Below, in pieces: positions 60,838 to 64,000 of a DNA stretch of 64,000 bases. Position 1 is the stretch's first letter. Every line of letters begins with the position of its first letter. Position numbers and translations under genes: made by a program. This stretch comes from Aplysia californica (lineage: Eukaryota), in assembly GCF_000002075.1 (NCBI RefSeq), contig NW_004797274.1:2591473-2655472 (forward strand), written 5' to 3'. The notes under the pieces were generated by a model. That model searched no databases. It saw only the letters and a list, made by a program, of their open reading frames with translations, and was not told where the DNA came from.

Positions 60838-61210
60838 GGCTAGATCTAGATATAGAATCTAGATCTAGTTCTAGATCTAATCTAGATCTATACATTCTTA
60901 GGTCTTAGCAACCTCCTTGATTCCTAGGCCTAGATCTAGGTTTAATCTTCTCGTCATTGACTCGGAAAGCAATCAATTCGGTAAAAAAAATGTTAAGGCT
61001 ACTTTTTCACTTTCACTCTCGTGCACTGTGTTTGGGATCAGACTGCAGTATTTTTTGCTGCTGTTGATTAGGGCCACGAAATCTGTACCAAATCAATAAG
61101 GAGCCAATCAATAATATTGAAGAAATTTTTAGATCTATATCTATATCTAGATTCTAGATCTAAATCTAGTCTAGATCTAGAGATCTAGATATAGATCTAT
61201 AGATCTAATC
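60838..61210. repeat. Clusters of palindromic (TCTAGA)n
   Basis: 60840-60890, 60930-60940, 61130-61206. Confidence 0.85.
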
Positions 61211-61884
61211 GCAAAATCAAACCGTCAAATCAAGGGAAAAAACAGATGCCCTCACCCCGGATTGGTCCAAAGCACAGAAATTGCTATGCTATGCATTAGA
61301 CTGTGTGGAATGGTTCAAATGAAAACCATGAAATATATATTTAAAAACTAACTAGATCTAGATCTAGACTCTATTAATTTGCGATAAATGTCAATTTTTG
61401 TGTAAAACGGATAAAAATGAACAAGAAAAGGGCTAGACAATTCCTGAGTATGAGATGGTAGTGAAAGTAAAATATTAGGCTACAATTCATTAGGCCTACA
61501 TAATATTGATTGTAGGACATGTTTTAAATTAAATACAGTGGAGTCTGCTTACACAGAACACAGATAACCCGAATAGAGCGATAAACCGAAAGAAAAGAAA
61601 ATCCTCAATTCTTTTTCCTTCTCTCTGTCTTTGCAAAAAAGCTACCAATGCCAAAATACTCACATTTCTAATCAGAGCAGAATTTCGAGGGTTATAATGT
61701 CAGTTAAATCTTCTCAAGGAACCCTCATTTAATGCAAATCTTCAAGTATTACACACACTTTTCGAGAAAGGAAAACAGGAAAAAGAGACACAAGGCCACA
61801 CATGTCATGTTGATTGTGGGCCAGAGAGGAGCATTGTTTGTGGACTGTTTACTTACTTTTATTAAACGCATCAGAGGTTTTGAA

Positions 61885-62330
61885 TAAATACTTTGCCGGC
61901 ATCAACAAGAAATTTAAACCAGAACAAACTGAGCCACACAATAAAGCAGCTGACCAAAAGGGCAGAAGAGACCCCCAAGGCAAACCTGGAGGTGGCTGAG
62001 AAGGAGTTTACTCTGATGGAATTGAAGGCAGCCCTCAGAAAGTGTAAAAGGAAAAAGGCCCCAGGACCAGACCACATCATCGATGATGGACTCTTCCCTT
62101 TCCATAATCCCGGACTTCTTCAACAGGACCTGGAACGAGGGACAGCTCCCAACAGAATGGAAGAAAACAAACCTCACACCGATACTGAAAAAGGACAAAC
62201 CAGCAAGCAGATCACAGGCAGGATTCAGGAAAGGCAAAAGAACTATGGACCACCTCATCAGATTTGCCCAGAAGACCAGCTATGCCTTTCAAGATAAAGA
62301 CAATGTTGTGGCTGTCTTCATCGACCTGAG
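61885..62330 (+). mobile_element. Decayed LINE reverse-transcriptase fragment (I/Nimb/Jockey-type)
   Basis: EFTLMELKAALRKCKRKKAPGPDHI / FNRTWNEGQLPTEWK..LTPILK / QAGFRKGKRTMDHL / AVFIDL. Confidence 0.85.
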
Positions 62331-62355
62331 GTAGGGCTGGGCAAGTACCCGGGTA

Positions 62356-62490
62356 CAGTGGAACTCGGATTCAACGAGAACTCGGATTCAACAAGATGAG
62401 ATAGATTCCCCTTTTGTTTTTCTTCTAATCAATAAAAATAATCTGGATTCAACGAGCACATAAACAGCGAGCTCGGATTCAACGAGGTCG
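62356..62490 (+). mobile_element. pogo/Tigger-like MITE left end
   Basis: TA|cagtggaactcggattcaacgag with repeated ctcggattcaacgag subterminal motifs. Confidence 0.65.
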
Positions 62491-64000
62491 CTTCCAGGGT
62501 GAACAGCCCCCGAAGAGGTGGCTTCGCTCATTTTTCTCCCAGAACTAACTTTATCTATTCCCGGAAACCATCCATTGCACCTGCATCGTGAACCATTAAT
62601 CACTTAGCCAATTGCATGCGACCAATCAGCGGCCTTTTTTCATACCAACACATGCGTTGTTGGCACGCGCACGTGTCTACTTTGGCATGTTTCAGGGTCG
62701 GATGGGCGGCCTGCACACGTGTGACTGTGTGTGTTTGTCAGGGGGGGGGGGGGGGGGGCACTAGCGGTCAGGGAGTTGAACATCGCAGATACAAACGTGT
62801 CACAGTCTTCTTTTCCCTCGGCAACTGATCACTATTACACTATTACAATGATAAGCTAGTTTTGACATAGATTACGTTATGAATTGTGCGCTGGTCTATG
62901 GAATCAAAAGTTGCCGTATGCTAGGCTCAACACAGCAACAACTTTTTGGTAAACAATAGAGATGACACAGGCGTGTGCATTTGAACGAATCTGTCTTTTT
63001 TTTTTACACAGTTCATAATATGCAGACATCTCAGGCACTACTTGTGACTTCTCTTTATACATTACTTGCTCAGTAACTATTTACATAAAACGACGGGGAC
63101 AAAACTAGGAAGAAGGGCAGCTGGAAAATTTTTACTTTCACTCCCTCACACAGATACACTGCTTTGGGGGATCAAACAGCTGTATTTTTTAATGCAAATC
63201 ACACATATGGCTGCTAAAACTGCCGCAAATAGATTACTTTCAAGAAAATTTCAAATTTGCAAGACTTCAATGGGAAAGCGGAGGCATGTCCCCTAAACCG
63301 CCTAGATTTTTTTTTTTATACCTTCAGGGGGCATAGAGTCTACCCCCTGAAACGCCCTCAAATTGATCCAAAATGTGGAAAATTACTATGCCTTTAAGTT
63401 TGGCGTAGTTTGCATAAAAAGCCGTTTTGCCTAGCGGTGTGAGAAATTACATTGATAATTAGCAAGGGAGAGATTTATAATAATAATTTTAATAACCACA
63501 ACCCAAAATGTCGCATACATGATGGCCCTTGAATGCGTGTATTGGCTCAAATAGGGGATGTTAAATTTACTGTTGCCTACATTGTACTCTGCATAGATCA
63601 AGTGGCGCAAGGATAGTGATTAGACATCTGTCTCATGGCCTGCAGATGGCCAGGGCATAGCCTATTTCTGGCTAGTTCACGTGGGCCCTACACATGAGCA
63701 CGTGATGGCACATGGTATGTTTCATGTCATCATTGGCACTGGGCTTTCTCCTCTAGAATAGCGCAGTACAGTGTGCTGATCTACTCTTTCATCTGTTCTG
63801 TGTGACTGTTTGGCAGCTTAAGCAAATTGACAATGTTGGAGAGAAAGCATAATGCTTACAGCCAACAGCTCAAATTGCAGTCAAAAGAGGGAGATGAGAG
63901 AAAAAAAACTTCCCAAAAGTGAAATTTGCTTCAAGCATAGAGTTCCTAATTGTAGGCGGTTGACACCGATCACTATTTGAACAACCTCTCAAAACCAATA

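Noticed and set aside
59280-61260. NR2C 5' UTR exons (candidate minus-strand donors near 59287, 59397, 60507, 61254)
   Set aside because: Several equally plausible donors, with no way to choose without transcripts
62356-62490. CRISPR-like repeats (ctcggattcaacgag)
   Set aside because: Eukaryotic context and irregular spacing; these are MITE subterminal repeats

Overview
Eukaryotic genomic DNA: AT-rich, intron-rich and repeat-rich, with four N-gaps. It is probably from a gastropod mollusc, inferred from the repeat landscape and not proven. Two multi-exon genes face each other tail-to-tail. (1) On the + strand is a 12-coding-exon F-box/7xWD40 SCF substrate receptor (CDS 8386-20567, about 925 aa). 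It has a very long His/Gln/Ser-rich N-terminal exon, and its D-domain/F-box/WD1 region resembles fungal Met30/SconB/Pof1. (2) On the - strand is a TR2/TR4 (NR2C/Hr78) orphan nuclear receptor (CDS 57107-40047, 12 core exons, about 743 aa). The most interesting observation is in the 5.8-kb NR2C hinge intron. It contains two paralogous, frame-preserving 48-nt microexons (50237-50284 and 48003-48050), each encoding another copy of the conserved TR2/TR4 hinge motif DLSTLAxVV, so splicing could set the motif copy number at 1, 2 or 3. Other points of note are an orphan VWA-domain exon downstream of the NR2C stop, and a non-tRNA retroposon family whose orientation flips between the two genes; one copy duplicated a splice donor as its target-site duplication (TSD). 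There are also piggyBac-, pogo- and other TIR elements, one carrying a decayed gag-like ORF, and clusters of palindromic (TCTAGA)n. All exon models were spliced by hand from GT-AG sites and reading phase; no database searches were run.
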